Origin: an uncultured Planctomycetaceae bacterium
GTDB taxonomy: Bacteria; Planctomycetota; Planctomycetia; Pirellulales; PNKZ01
Direction: 5' to 3'
DNA length: 55,766 nucleotides
NCBI GenBank assembly: GCA_964433865.1
Contig: CAYSUC010000001.1
Coordinates: forward strand, 1-55,766
The notes under the pieces are model-generated. The model ran no database searches. It had not been told where the DNA came from and saw only the letters and a list, made by a program, of their open reading frames with translations. The position numbers were made by a program, and so were the translations under genes. This document shows positions 7,765 through 15,821 of this stretch, piece after piece. The first letter of the stretch is position 1; each line of letters starts with the position of its first letter.

Positions 7765-10296
7765 TTGTCCGCCGGCGAAAGCCGGTCGTACGCGTATGAA
7801 GCGAGCGACGGCCACGGCGGCAGCGACACGGCCACCCTGCGGGTCCGCGTGGTCCGCCCGAACCAAAGCCCCACGGCCCGCGACGACGTGAACGAGGTGC
7901 AGTTCGGCCGCGACGAATCGGGACGGTTCGTCGACCTGGGCTCGTACGCGCCGTCGACCGAGAACGACGAGGACCCGGACGGCGACGAACTATCGATCAC
8001 CGGCACGGGCGCCCCGAGCGGCCAGTCGTGGCTGGCGGCCGGGGCCGAACTGTTCTACCGCTACTTCCTCAGCGACGGCCACGGCGGCACGGCCGAAGCC
8101 CGCGTCGTCGTCCGCGGTTGGCCGGCGCCGAACGAGGACCCGGTAACGCAGGACGATGAGTACACGGTGCTTCCCTACGGGACGACGAACAACCTGGGGA
8201 GCGTGAAGGACAACGATCGCGATCCGGAAGGAGATCCGCTGTCGGTCCGAGCCGGCACGATCAGCACGACGGGCGGCGGCAGCGTGAGCATGAGCGCCGA
8301 CGGCACGTTCAGCTACGCGCCGAGTCCCGGGGAACTGAATCGGCAGTTCAGCGACTCGTTCGAGTACGTGCTGGAAGACGACCGCGGCGGCACGGCCGCC
8401 GGCCGCGTGACGCTGACCACGCCGCCGTTGCCGTCGGTGACGATCGCCGCCGTCGACGCGGACGCTTACGAAGGGATCGCGAACACGAGCTACTATCCGG
8501 TCGCGGGCCGTTTCACCGTGACCCGCAGCGGCGACCAGACCGACGCGCTGACCGTGACGTACTCGATCGGCGGCAGCGCGACGAACTATTACGACTATCG
8601 GCTGCTGTCGCGGACCGTGGTCATCGAGGCGGGCCGAGCGACGGCCGATGTCGTGATCGATCCGGTGAGCGACGGCCTGGACGAAGGAGACGAGACGGTC
8701 GAACTCGTCATCTCCGAGAGTGAAGCATATCAGCGCGGCGCCGAATGCCAGGCGACGGTCGTGATTCACGATCCGCCGAGCCTGACGGCGCCGGCCGACC
8801 AAACGCACCGCGAAGGCTCGCGCCCCACGCTGCAACTGACGGCGCAGAACCTCCGCGGCGGCGAGCGGTACGTCGTGACGGGCCTTCCGAGCGGCCTGAA
8901 CGTCGATGGGGCGAGCGGTCTGATCTCGGGCAAGATCGCGTACGATGCGTACGACCAAATGCCGTCCGGCGGCTACGGCATCACGGCCTACCTGCAAGAC
9001 GCCGCAGGCAACGTGCTGAGCACGGTGAACTTCCGGTGGAACGTCCTCAACGCCGCGATCGGGCGGTTGGTAGGTCGCGAGTTTCATCCGGCCGTCGGCG
9101 ACGATCCTCAGGGCTTCACCAGCAACTGGCAGTACGCCCAAGGCCTTACTTGGTCGCCGATCTACGTGTCGCCGCTCAATACCGTAAGACTCTCGGTCGG
9201 CGGCGTCGACGTGCCTCCGGATTACGCGGACATCTTATGGCAAGCGACCGAACAGGCGCACGGTGATTTCACGAACCCGGACGAAGCCGAGGTCGAACTC
9301 TACGCAGGCGTCGTGATCCAGGTGATCGCCGGCATCGATCTGAATCTGAACGGCGCGCTCGATGCGAACGAGCACACGCATTCCTTGTCGCTGCATCGCA
9401 TCAACTTCGACGGTGTAACGTTTACGTCGCGCCGAACGTCATCGTATGCGCCGGAAAGCACGGGCTTCGCGATTCGCGAGGACGAATTGTTCGAGGTCGA
9501 CGGAGAATTCGAATTCGAGGTTCAAGCGGGTCCGACATCGGTGATGGGTGACCCCAGCCTGATTCGAGCCGCCGTTTGGGACGCCGCGTCGAACTCTACG
9601 CTTTCCGACGACAACGATCCGACATTCAATTACGTCACGAACGTGGTGTCGACCTACCTTCGTACGCGCGTGTACGCCGATGCGAACGACAACCACCGTT
9701 ATGACGCAGGCGAGCTGTACGAAGACTCGGAGCGGTTCACGGTTATGCCGCGCAAGGAGTACTCGTTCGGCCTGTGGTGGTCGAGCGCCTTAGCGGCGGA
9801 TCCGTCGGTCCGAATCGAGGGCTGGATGGACTACGGCACGCGGATTTGTCTGACGCGCGACGACGTCGACGACTGGCGCGCGCCGGTGCTGTTCTCGTTG
9901 AACACCGATTCCTTTATGTTCACCGCAGGCGGTACGAGCGGTTGGGGACCGTGGAGCCACATGACGCCCGATCCGGTGATGACCTACGACGATGCGCTCG
10001 AACTCTTCGCCGCTGCACCGCAGTGGACTATTATCGCCGTCGGCAGTATGCAAGGCCTTCAGGCGCGAGGCATAGCGGAAGGGATCGATGGCTTTCCGTG
10101 GATCAACGAAATCATCATCGATATGAGCACCGCGCGCGATGAGACGCTTGCACACGAAATCGGACACCTTTCGGGATTGGCGCACGAGGACGCTCCGTCC
10201 AACGACCACATCATGCGCGACGGGACGCTTCGCAATCCCGGCGCCTCGAAGCTGACGAAACAGAATGCCTATGAATATGCCGAGCGGCTCCTCTGA
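7765..10296 (+). CDS. cadherin-like repeat / Calx-beta / Ig-like protein with C-terminal metzincin domain; probable 5'-truncated module (repeat homology open from 7534)
   Basis: Repeats read ..NDTDPDAGQTLSV.., ..NDEDPDGDELSI.. and ..NDRDPEGDPLSV.. A Calx-beta-like block is VTIAAVDADAYEG...DETVELVI. An Ig-like block is GLPSGLNVDGASGLISG. The extreme C-terminus reads TLAHEIGHLSGLAHEDAPSNDHIMRDG (HExxHxxGxxH plus a Met-turn). There is no signal peptide. The first canonical start is TTG 7765, but the repeat sequence is in frame from 7534. Confidence 0.7.
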   Translation: MSAGESRSYAYEASDGHGGSDTATLRVRVVRPNQSPTARDDVNEVQFGRDESGRFVDLGSYAPSTENDEDPDGDELSITGTGAPSGQSWLAAGAELFYRYFLSDGHGGTAEARVVVRGWPAPNEDPVTQDDEYTVLPYGTTNNLGSVKDNDRDPEGDPLSVRAGTISTTGGGSVSMSADGTFSYAPSPGELNRQFSDSFEYVLEDDRGGTAAGRVTLTTPPLPSVTIAAVDADAYEGIANTSYYPVAGRFTVTRSGDQTDALTVTYSIGGSATNYYDYRLLSRTVVIEAGRATADVVIDPVSDGLDEGDETVELVISESEAYQRGAECQATVVIHDPPSLTAPADQTHREGSRPTLQLTAQNLRGGERYVVTGLPSGLNVDGASGLISGKIAYDAYDQMPSGGYGITAYLQDAAGNVLSTVNFRWNVLNAAIGRLVGREFHPAVGDDPQGFTSNWQYAQGLTWSPIYVSPLNTVRLSVGGVDVPPDYADILWQATEQAHGDFTNPDEAEVELYAGVVIQVIAGIDLNLNGALDANEHTHSLSLHRINFDGVTFTSRRTSSYAPESTGFAIREDELFEVDGEFEFEVQAGPTSVMGDPSLIRAAVWDAASNSTLSDDNDPTFNYVTNVVSTYLRTRVYADANDNHRYDAGELYEDSERFTVMPRKEYSFGLWWSSALAADPSVRIEGWMDYGTRICLTRDDVDDWRAPVLFSLNTDSFMFTAGGTSGWGPWSHMTPDPVMTYDDALELFAAAPQWTIIAVGSMQGLQARGIAEGIDGFPWINEIIIDMSTARDETLAHEIGHLSGLAHEDAPSNDHIMRDGTLRNPGASKLTKQNAYEYAERLL

Positions 10297-10300
10297 AAAT

Positions 10301-10858
10301 ATGCGATTTCCGTTACCGGCCGGATGGAGCTCGTTTGTGTATCGCAGACGCTGGATTGCGGTCGTTGCGGCCGTCTATGCTTTGATTTGCGTCGTCGTCC
10401 CGGTGTTTGTCCGTCCGATGCCGACCGTTCCCGTCGACTCGATGTTCGGAGGATCGCGCGGGGGGTGCGGGAATCTGACGGCGTATCGCTTTAGTGAAGA
10501 CCGGCATATGGCGATCGTATTCGACTTGAACGACTATAAGGTGGAAAACGGCATCGTGCAGACTTTCTCCGTTGGTCCGCCGAAGGGGCAGTCTGCAATC
10601 CATGTCTACGAACTTGCGTCGCGCGACTATCGATTTTGCGACGACGTGCTTCCTCGCGATCCGCCGAAATACACGTGGAAGGCGACCGCCGGAAACGCGG
10701 AAGTGAGATACTTGCGGGACGGAAATACTGCTACCGGTTCGTTCTACGTCCGTGTGCGATTACGCGATGTCAACCTCACGAATACAAAGACGGGCGCCAT
10801 GGCGCATCTAAAGAGTGTCGATATCGAGGAGGTTATGGTAGGCTGGCTGAGCGGCTAG
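10301..10858 (+). CDS. hypothetical N-terminally anchored protein, paralog 1 (candidate immunity protein)
   Basis: ATG 10301 lies 5 nt after the upstream stop. There is one N-terminal helix (WIAVVAAVYALICVVVPVF). By hand alignment it is homologous to the next ORF. Low GC. Confidence 0.6.
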   Translation: MRFPLPAGWSSFVYRRRWIAVVAAVYALICVVVPVFVRPMPTVPVDSMFGGSRGGCGNLTAYRFSEDRHMAIVFDLNDYKVENGIVQTFSVGPPKGQSAIHVYELASRDYRFCDDVLPRDPPKYTWKATAGNAEVRYLRDGNTATGSFYVRVRLRDVNLTNTKTGAMAHLKSVDIEEVMVGWLSG

Positions 10859-10887
10859 ACGCATCGAGACACGAGGCGAGTTGCGTC

Positions 10888-11514
10888 ATGGTGGCATTTC
10901 CGACGATCGTCGGTGTCCGGACGTTACGATGGTTGCGAATCGGCGTCGTCTTCGCGTCGGGTTGCGCGGTCGGAGTGGGCGTTTGTTGGTATCGCGCTCT
11001 ACCGCGACACGTCGATCTCATCATGCCGACGGCGGCAATGTTCGAGCAGAAGCCCCGCGGAATCGGAACATTTGGAGCTTGCCGTTTCAGTCAACAGGGA
11101 AACGTGGTGTTCTACGTGTATTGGGAGAACGACTTAGCCAGGCTCCCCGACGGCGCGACGACGGTCGAGATCGCAGACCGTCCGCGGGCCTTGAGTGTTC
11201 AGGTCCTGCAATTCGACAGACCTTCGTGGGATTATTTCTACGACGACGTCGTCGACGGCGTGCCGCGGATCGTCGCAACCTGGCGCGCCATCGAAGGCCG
11301 GGTGACAATCAACAAAGAGCGCCGCGCCACCCAAGAAACCACACATCGCCTCAGTTTCGCCCTGCGCGGCGTTCGCATCGTCTGCGAAAGGGCGAATGCC
11401 GAAATCGTATTGGGAGACCTCGACCTCAAGGACGTCGATGCGGGACGTCGGCGAGAGGGTGCCCTCGACGACACCGAACCGCTGGCGACCGTGTCCGTCG
11501 CCGCTTCTCCCTAA
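10888..11514 (+). CDS. hypothetical N-terminally anchored protein, paralog 2 (candidate immunity protein)
   Basis: ATG 10888. The N-terminal helix is LRIGVVFASGCAVGVGVCW. It shares these blocks with 10301-10858: MPT..MF, (Y/C)RFS, DY..DDV, TW(K/R)A..G..V, and LR.V...L...D...V..G. Confidence 0.6.
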   Translation: MVAFPTIVGVRTLRWLRIGVVFASGCAVGVGVCWYRALPRHVDLIMPTAAMFEQKPRGIGTFGACRFSQQGNVVFYVYWENDLARLPDGATTVEIADRPRALSVQVLQFDRPSWDYFYDDVVDGVPRIVATWRAIEGRVTINKERRATQETTHRLSFALRGVRIVCERANAEIVLGDLDLKDVDAGRRREGALDDTEPLATVSVAASP

Positions 11515-11553
11515 AAAATCGACGGACGTCGATCCGGCAGCGACGAAGGTCGC

Positions 11554-13482
11554 GTGACGTTCATCGTGCATCCGAACCCGATCGCCGGTCCGAACGAGTA
11601 CACGGCCTACACGAACGAGCCGCTCGAGGTGCAACCCCGCGGCGTGCTGGGGAACGACGAGGACCCGGAAGACCCGACGGGGGATTCGCTGACGGTCGAC
11701 GCGCAGTCGAACCTGCGGACGGACCACGGGTATGTGAACCTCCGCGCCGGCGGCGGTTTCACCTACACGCCCGACCACGACTACTACGGCCCGGACGGCT
11801 TCGAGTACGTGGTCCGCAACGCCTACGGTCAGGCGACGGGTCGGGTGACGATCGACGTGGTGCGGACCTGGGCCGAGCCGGACAAGTATGCGATGCTGAA
11901 GGGGACGACGCTGGCGGTGGGCCCGGATCGGGCGTTGGTGCGGAACGACTGGGGCGAATGGCACCACCTGCGGATCGTCACCGGCCCGACGCAAGGGCAA
12001 CTGTCGGACTTCGACGACGTCGAGGGTACGTTCACGTACCAGTCGGACGTCGACACCGAGGAGCCCGACTTCTTCACCTACGCCCTGGTGCGAGCAGACG
12101 GCACCGAAGCGGCGTATACGACGGCGACGATTACTCCCAAGCGCGCTAAACTTAATTCGGTTTGGGGCATCCTGAAATCTCATGCAGGCACGAGCCTGCT
12201 GAACGATAACGGAGTAACGCAGGACGATGCCTGGATCGATCGCAACGGCGACGGCACGGACGATCCCGGAGACGTGCGCAACGCGTTCGTTACGACTCGG
12301 AACACGCAACTGAAGCTGAAACCGACCGTCACGTTGGACGACTTCGATCCGGAAAGAGACGTCTGGATTCGCGGCAACGGCAGCGGCCAGGTACGTCACG
12401 ATCTGCACGTCGTGCGGGCCGTCTTCGATCCGGTGAAACTCAATGACTTGGGTAACGGCCGTTACGGCTTCGCCCCGACGGACTTGGATGGTGCCGAAAC
12501 CACCGGCTCCTTCAGCGAGTCGGCGGGAATCGTAGACGATCTCGTCGTCGATTGGGAAGTCTCCGTCGATGGCGGACAGTCCTGGGCAAAGGCCGGTACC
12601 AGCGCCAATCGGGTGTACGTTTCGTGGGCCACGGCTCCGGCTTCGATTTTGGGCCTGCCGCTGTACGAGACGTTGTTGTCGCTCGGATGTACGGCCGCTG
12701 GAGGCGTCGGCGATGATGCAGCCGCGATCCAAGCGATCGCGGAAAGTCTCTCCGATCAGTTCGAGACGCAAAGCGTCGTTCGCCTCAGCGACGGGGCGGC
12801 GCTGAAATACTATGCCTCGTGGAACGCGACGTCGCAGTCGACCGCGGATCTGCTTCGTTCCACGGATGGTCGATGCGGATCGTTCGCTCGGATCTTCATC
12901 GATACCTTGCGGCTGCAAGGGATCGCGGATGCGCACCTCACGGAAGTTCGCGCTACGGACGCCGTTGCCGTGAGTGGACCGGAGGAGTATTCCCATTGGA
13001 TGCTGATCAACGATTGGACGTTCAGCGCCGTCGGCAGTTCAGGAGGCGCGTCGGACGGCTACACGCACGAGTTCGTCTTCGAAAAGGGCTTCAATCCGAA
13101 CACCTACCTGCACACGTCGTTTGAAATCATTCGCGGCGACGGCGCCGATCAATCGGGCATCGCCGGGCACGGAGGGGTCGCGAATCCCAAATCGAACCAC
13201 AACAACCATGCGCTCGTGCACATGGTGTTCGGGGGCGTCGAGCGCTGGTACGATCCCAGCTACGGTCGTGCCTATAACAGTCAGGCCGAGTTCGAGGAGC
13301 AGGCGCTCGCCGGCGTGTACCGCTGGGACCAGAAGAGCTTTCAAGAATCGTCCATAAGTCGCGACTTCGACGAAGACGGGGAAATCGAAATCGGCGTCGA
13401 AGCGCTGCTGAACGTGTGGTACGTGAAGCCGAAACGGGATCATCAGGCCGAACTGTTGACCGTATTTACGGACATTTCCTAG
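11554..13482 (+). CDS. cadherin-like repeat protein with C-terminal transglutaminase/papain-like Cys-His-Asp domain; probable 5'-truncated module
   Basis: GTG 11554 lies inside the repeat-junction motif (DEGR)VTFIVHPNPIAGPNEY. Repeat blocks include VLGNDEDPEDPTGDSLTV and GRVTIDVV. The C-terminal core reads DGRCGSFARIFIDTLRLQGI ... NHALVHMVFGGVERWYDPSYG. There is no signal peptide. Confidence 0.7.
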   Translation: MTFIVHPNPIAGPNEYTAYTNEPLEVQPRGVLGNDEDPEDPTGDSLTVDAQSNLRTDHGYVNLRAGGGFTYTPDHDYYGPDGFEYVVRNAYGQATGRVTIDVVRTWAEPDKYAMLKGTTLAVGPDRALVRNDWGEWHHLRIVTGPTQGQLSDFDDVEGTFTYQSDVDTEEPDFFTYALVRADGTEAAYTTATITPKRAKLNSVWGILKSHAGTSLLNDNGVTQDDAWIDRNGDGTDDPGDVRNAFVTTRNTQLKLKPTVTLDDFDPERDVWIRGNGSGQVRHDLHVVRAVFDPVKLNDLGNGRYGFAPTDLDGAETTGSFSESAGIVDDLVVDWEVSVDGGQSWAKAGTSANRVYVSWATAPASILGLPLYETLLSLGCTAAGGVGDDAAAIQAIAESLSDQFETQSVVRLSDGAALKYYASWNATSQSTADLLRSTDGRCGSFARIFIDTLRLQGIADAHLTEVRATDAVAVSGPEEYSHWMLINDWTFSAVGSSGGASDGYTHEFVFEKGFNPNTYLHTSFEIIRGDGADQSGIAGHGGVANPKSNHNNHALVHMVFGGVERWYDPSYGRAYNSQAEFEEQALAGVYRWDQKSFQESSISRDFDEDGEIEIGVEALLNVWYVKPKRDHQAELLTVFTDIS

Positions 13483-13559
13483 CCGTAAATGCCACGTGCC
13501 TCGAACTGATGAGAAAGGGCGTTCGGTATTCGTCTTGCCGACGATCGAAGGAACGTAAG

Positions 13560-14876
13560 ATGGCTCGATGCTTCCCCGTATTATGGATCACGTTAGGAAC
13601 CGCCGCGGTATGTGCGGGTTCGTCGGCCGCTGCCGAGACGTTCGACATGCGTCGGGCGATGTATGACCTGCGCGCGGTCTACCTGGATACGACATCGATC
13701 TACGTCTACGGTTATCGCGAAGAAAATCCGTATTCACGACGCATTATTCGCGCGGTAACGGAATGGTCCGTTGACGAGCCTCACTATAAGCACGAATGGC
13801 TGGATGGGAGCACATTCGGTGGGCACGGTGTACACGAAAAACCGTTTCCCAGTAGATTAAAGTACGACGGTGTTTGGGTATGGGAATCCGGAGCGCGAGA
13901 TTCGATGGGGTTCAGACGCTTGTGTCCGGCATTTGACTGTACACGCAACGACGTTCGCCGGTTTACAGACACCGGCCGATTCGACCAGATTCCGAAACCG
14001 CAATGGGGTGTGCCGCGGCCCGACTTCGGACGCGATCGACTTCTCGATTCCGTATACGGACTCTCCGGCCCTAAAGTGGAAGGCGTGGGGACATGGCTTC
14101 TTCCGCTCTACAATTCCTACTTGTTGGACTACGAACTCACACCCCGCGGGTATTGGGATGAAACCCGAAAAAGAGCCGTCGACCACGCGAAGGGCGACAT
14201 GCTCCGTTGCGCGCGCAGCGCGGCCTATGATTTCGTTCCCCTATCGGCGCAGAAGTACCGGTTGTTTTTCATTTCCGAGCCGGTCGGACGCCGGCGCCTG
14301 ATACTTCCCCCGACGTCGCAGCGAACGGCCTTCGTATTGGATTATGAATTTCACGATGCGTTCGACGCCAAGGCCCCATCGCCGAAACACTATTGGAACA
14401 ACTCGCTGACTTTGGCCGAGCAATTTCCCGTCGATTTCGTCACGCCGTTCCACTGCTACCCGCGTGACGGGGCGTACTTTTTCGTGCTGGATTCGGGCGA
14501 ATTGTACGGCACCACGGCGGCCGTCGCCGATCGGACTTCGCGGCGTCTGCCGCTGCGCGACGGCGAATTGATTCAGACCGTGATCACCGATCTCGATCGC
14601 AGCGGCGCCGCCTTCGCCTTCACGTCGAAGTATTGGTTCGAGGTGCGGGAGCCGATCGAGTATCGGCAGTTCGAACTGGGTCCGCTGAAGACGGACGACC
14701 CGCTGCCGACCTTGGTCCGCGCGGCCCGCGAGATCCGCAAGTTCTACCCCGCGATTCCGAAGCAAGACGCCCCCGCGAACGCCGCCGCACCGCCGGCCCC
14801 GCCGCCGTTGAGCAGCGGCAGGGCAACAAGGAGCCATGAACTCCCGGAACACTCATGGTGCCCCACCGTCAGATAA
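13560..14876 (+). CDS. hypothetical secreted protein (signal peptide), low GC
   Basis: ATG 13560 follows gaaggaa. The product starts MARCFPVLWITLGTAAVCAGSSAAAETF (Sec signal). It is 438 aa with a Pro/Ala-rich tail. No family recognised. Confidence 0.6.
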   Translation: MARCFPVLWITLGTAAVCAGSSAAAETFDMRRAMYDLRAVYLDTTSIYVYGYREENPYSRRIIRAVTEWSVDEPHYKHEWLDGSTFGGHGVHEKPFPSRLKYDGVWVWESGARDSMGFRRLCPAFDCTRNDVRRFTDTGRFDQIPKPQWGVPRPDFGRDRLLDSVYGLSGPKVEGVGTWLLPLYNSYLLDYELTPRGYWDETRKRAVDHAKGDMLRCARSAAYDFVPLSAQKYRLFFISEPVGRRRLILPPTSQRTAFVLDYEFHDAFDAKAPSPKHYWNNSLTLAEQFPVDFVTPFHCYPRDGAYFFVLDSGELYGTTAAVADRTSRRLPLRDGELIQTVITDLDRSGAAFAFTSKYWFEVREPIEYRQFELGPLKTDDPLPTLVRAAREIRKFYPAIPKQDAPANAAAPPAPPPLSSGRATRSHELPEHSWCPTVR

Positions 14877-14880
14877 TGCT

Positions 14881-15480
14881 TCATTCGGCGTCGGCTGGCG
14901 GAGACCACTTTTCGATCTTCGGCCCCCGCCAGTTACCGAAGAACATGTAACTGCCGCTCGCAACAAGCCCGGTGAAGGTCACGAGCAAATACCAATTTGG
15001 CTCGATACGGAATGCGACAAGGTACAAGAGAACCAAGAGACCGGCAAGGAACCCGAGGGACGCGACGCCGAGCTTGATAATATCCATTAGCCCCTTGCGT
15101 TTTGCCTCCTTCAAGTCATGTTCCATGTCTTTCGCTCTTCGGATAGCAGTGTCGGCCTGTTGCGCGAACCGGGCCGCTTCCGCTCTTAGCGACTCAAGCT
15201 CCTCGGTATTGACTGCGTTATAAGACGCGCCAAGTTTCGTTTCGCTAATGATCTTGTCGCAAATACCGGACAGTGAAAGAACCAGCGGCTTAAAGTCGTC
15301 GAAGTATTCCAGCTGGCCGCCGGAATTCTCTGCTACGAAACGGGTTTTAAATTCACCATCTTCCCAAACCCAGACCTCCCACAGGTCGAGCGTCAGGAAG
15401 CGAGTCGGGGTATAGGCTTTCACGACCGACCCCTCGTTTTGGGACCTCACAAAGTTCTTAATGTCGCTCTTGGTCGCCAC
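14881..15480 (-). CDS. hypothetical protein: soluble N-domain, coiled coil, two C-terminal TM helices
   Basis: GTG 15480 is preceded by gggagagg. GC is about 47% by hand count. The coiled-coil segment is EELESLRAEAARFAQQADTAIRRAKDMEHDLKEAKRK. The TM helices are LGVASLGFLAGLLVLLYLVAF and WYLLVTFTGLVASGSYMFF. It is convergent with 13560-14876, with a 4-nt gap. Confidence 0.6.
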   Translation of the reverse strand: MATKSDIKNFVRSQNEGSVVKAYTPTRFLTLDLWEVWVWEDGEFKTRFVAENSGGQLEYFDDFKPLVLSLSGICDKIISETKLGASYNAVNTEELESLRAEAARFAQQADTAIRRAKDMEHDLKEAKRKGLMDIIKLGVASLGFLAGLLVLLYLVAFRIEPNWYLLVTFTGLVASGSYMFFGNWRGPKIEKWSPPADAE

Positions 15481-15722
15481 CTAAACCTCTCCCGTGTTAA
15501 CGCGGAACTTGTGACTCCGTCGATCCCGTCGACATCAACACCCTAGGAAGTCGGCGCGCCGATGTAAAGCGAAACGTTACCGGACGGTGCGGCGCCTCGG
15601 AACCTAGCGTTCAACGCACCGCGGGCTTCGTGTCGTGATGCGCCGAAGCACGACTTCGGTCCGTGCGCGCGGCGTGTGCGCTTTGGCGCCGAGCGGCGGC
15701 GCCGTTGCTTGCGGGCCCCTCC

Positions 15723-15746
15723 GGTCGCTGACGCTCCCGGCTCGCC
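15723..15746. repeat. REP-B half-site
   Basis: ggtcgctgacgctcccggctcgcc nearly matches the right arm of the 41044-41133 palindrome (cgtcgctgacgctccgggctcgcc). cccggctcgcc recurs at about 15769. Confidence 0.5.
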
Positions 15747-15821
15747 TTGCGCATTGGTCGCCTTCGTTCCCGGCTCGCCGTTCGATTCGTTCGGCCGGCC
15801 TGTCGGCGCTGCGACCGACGT

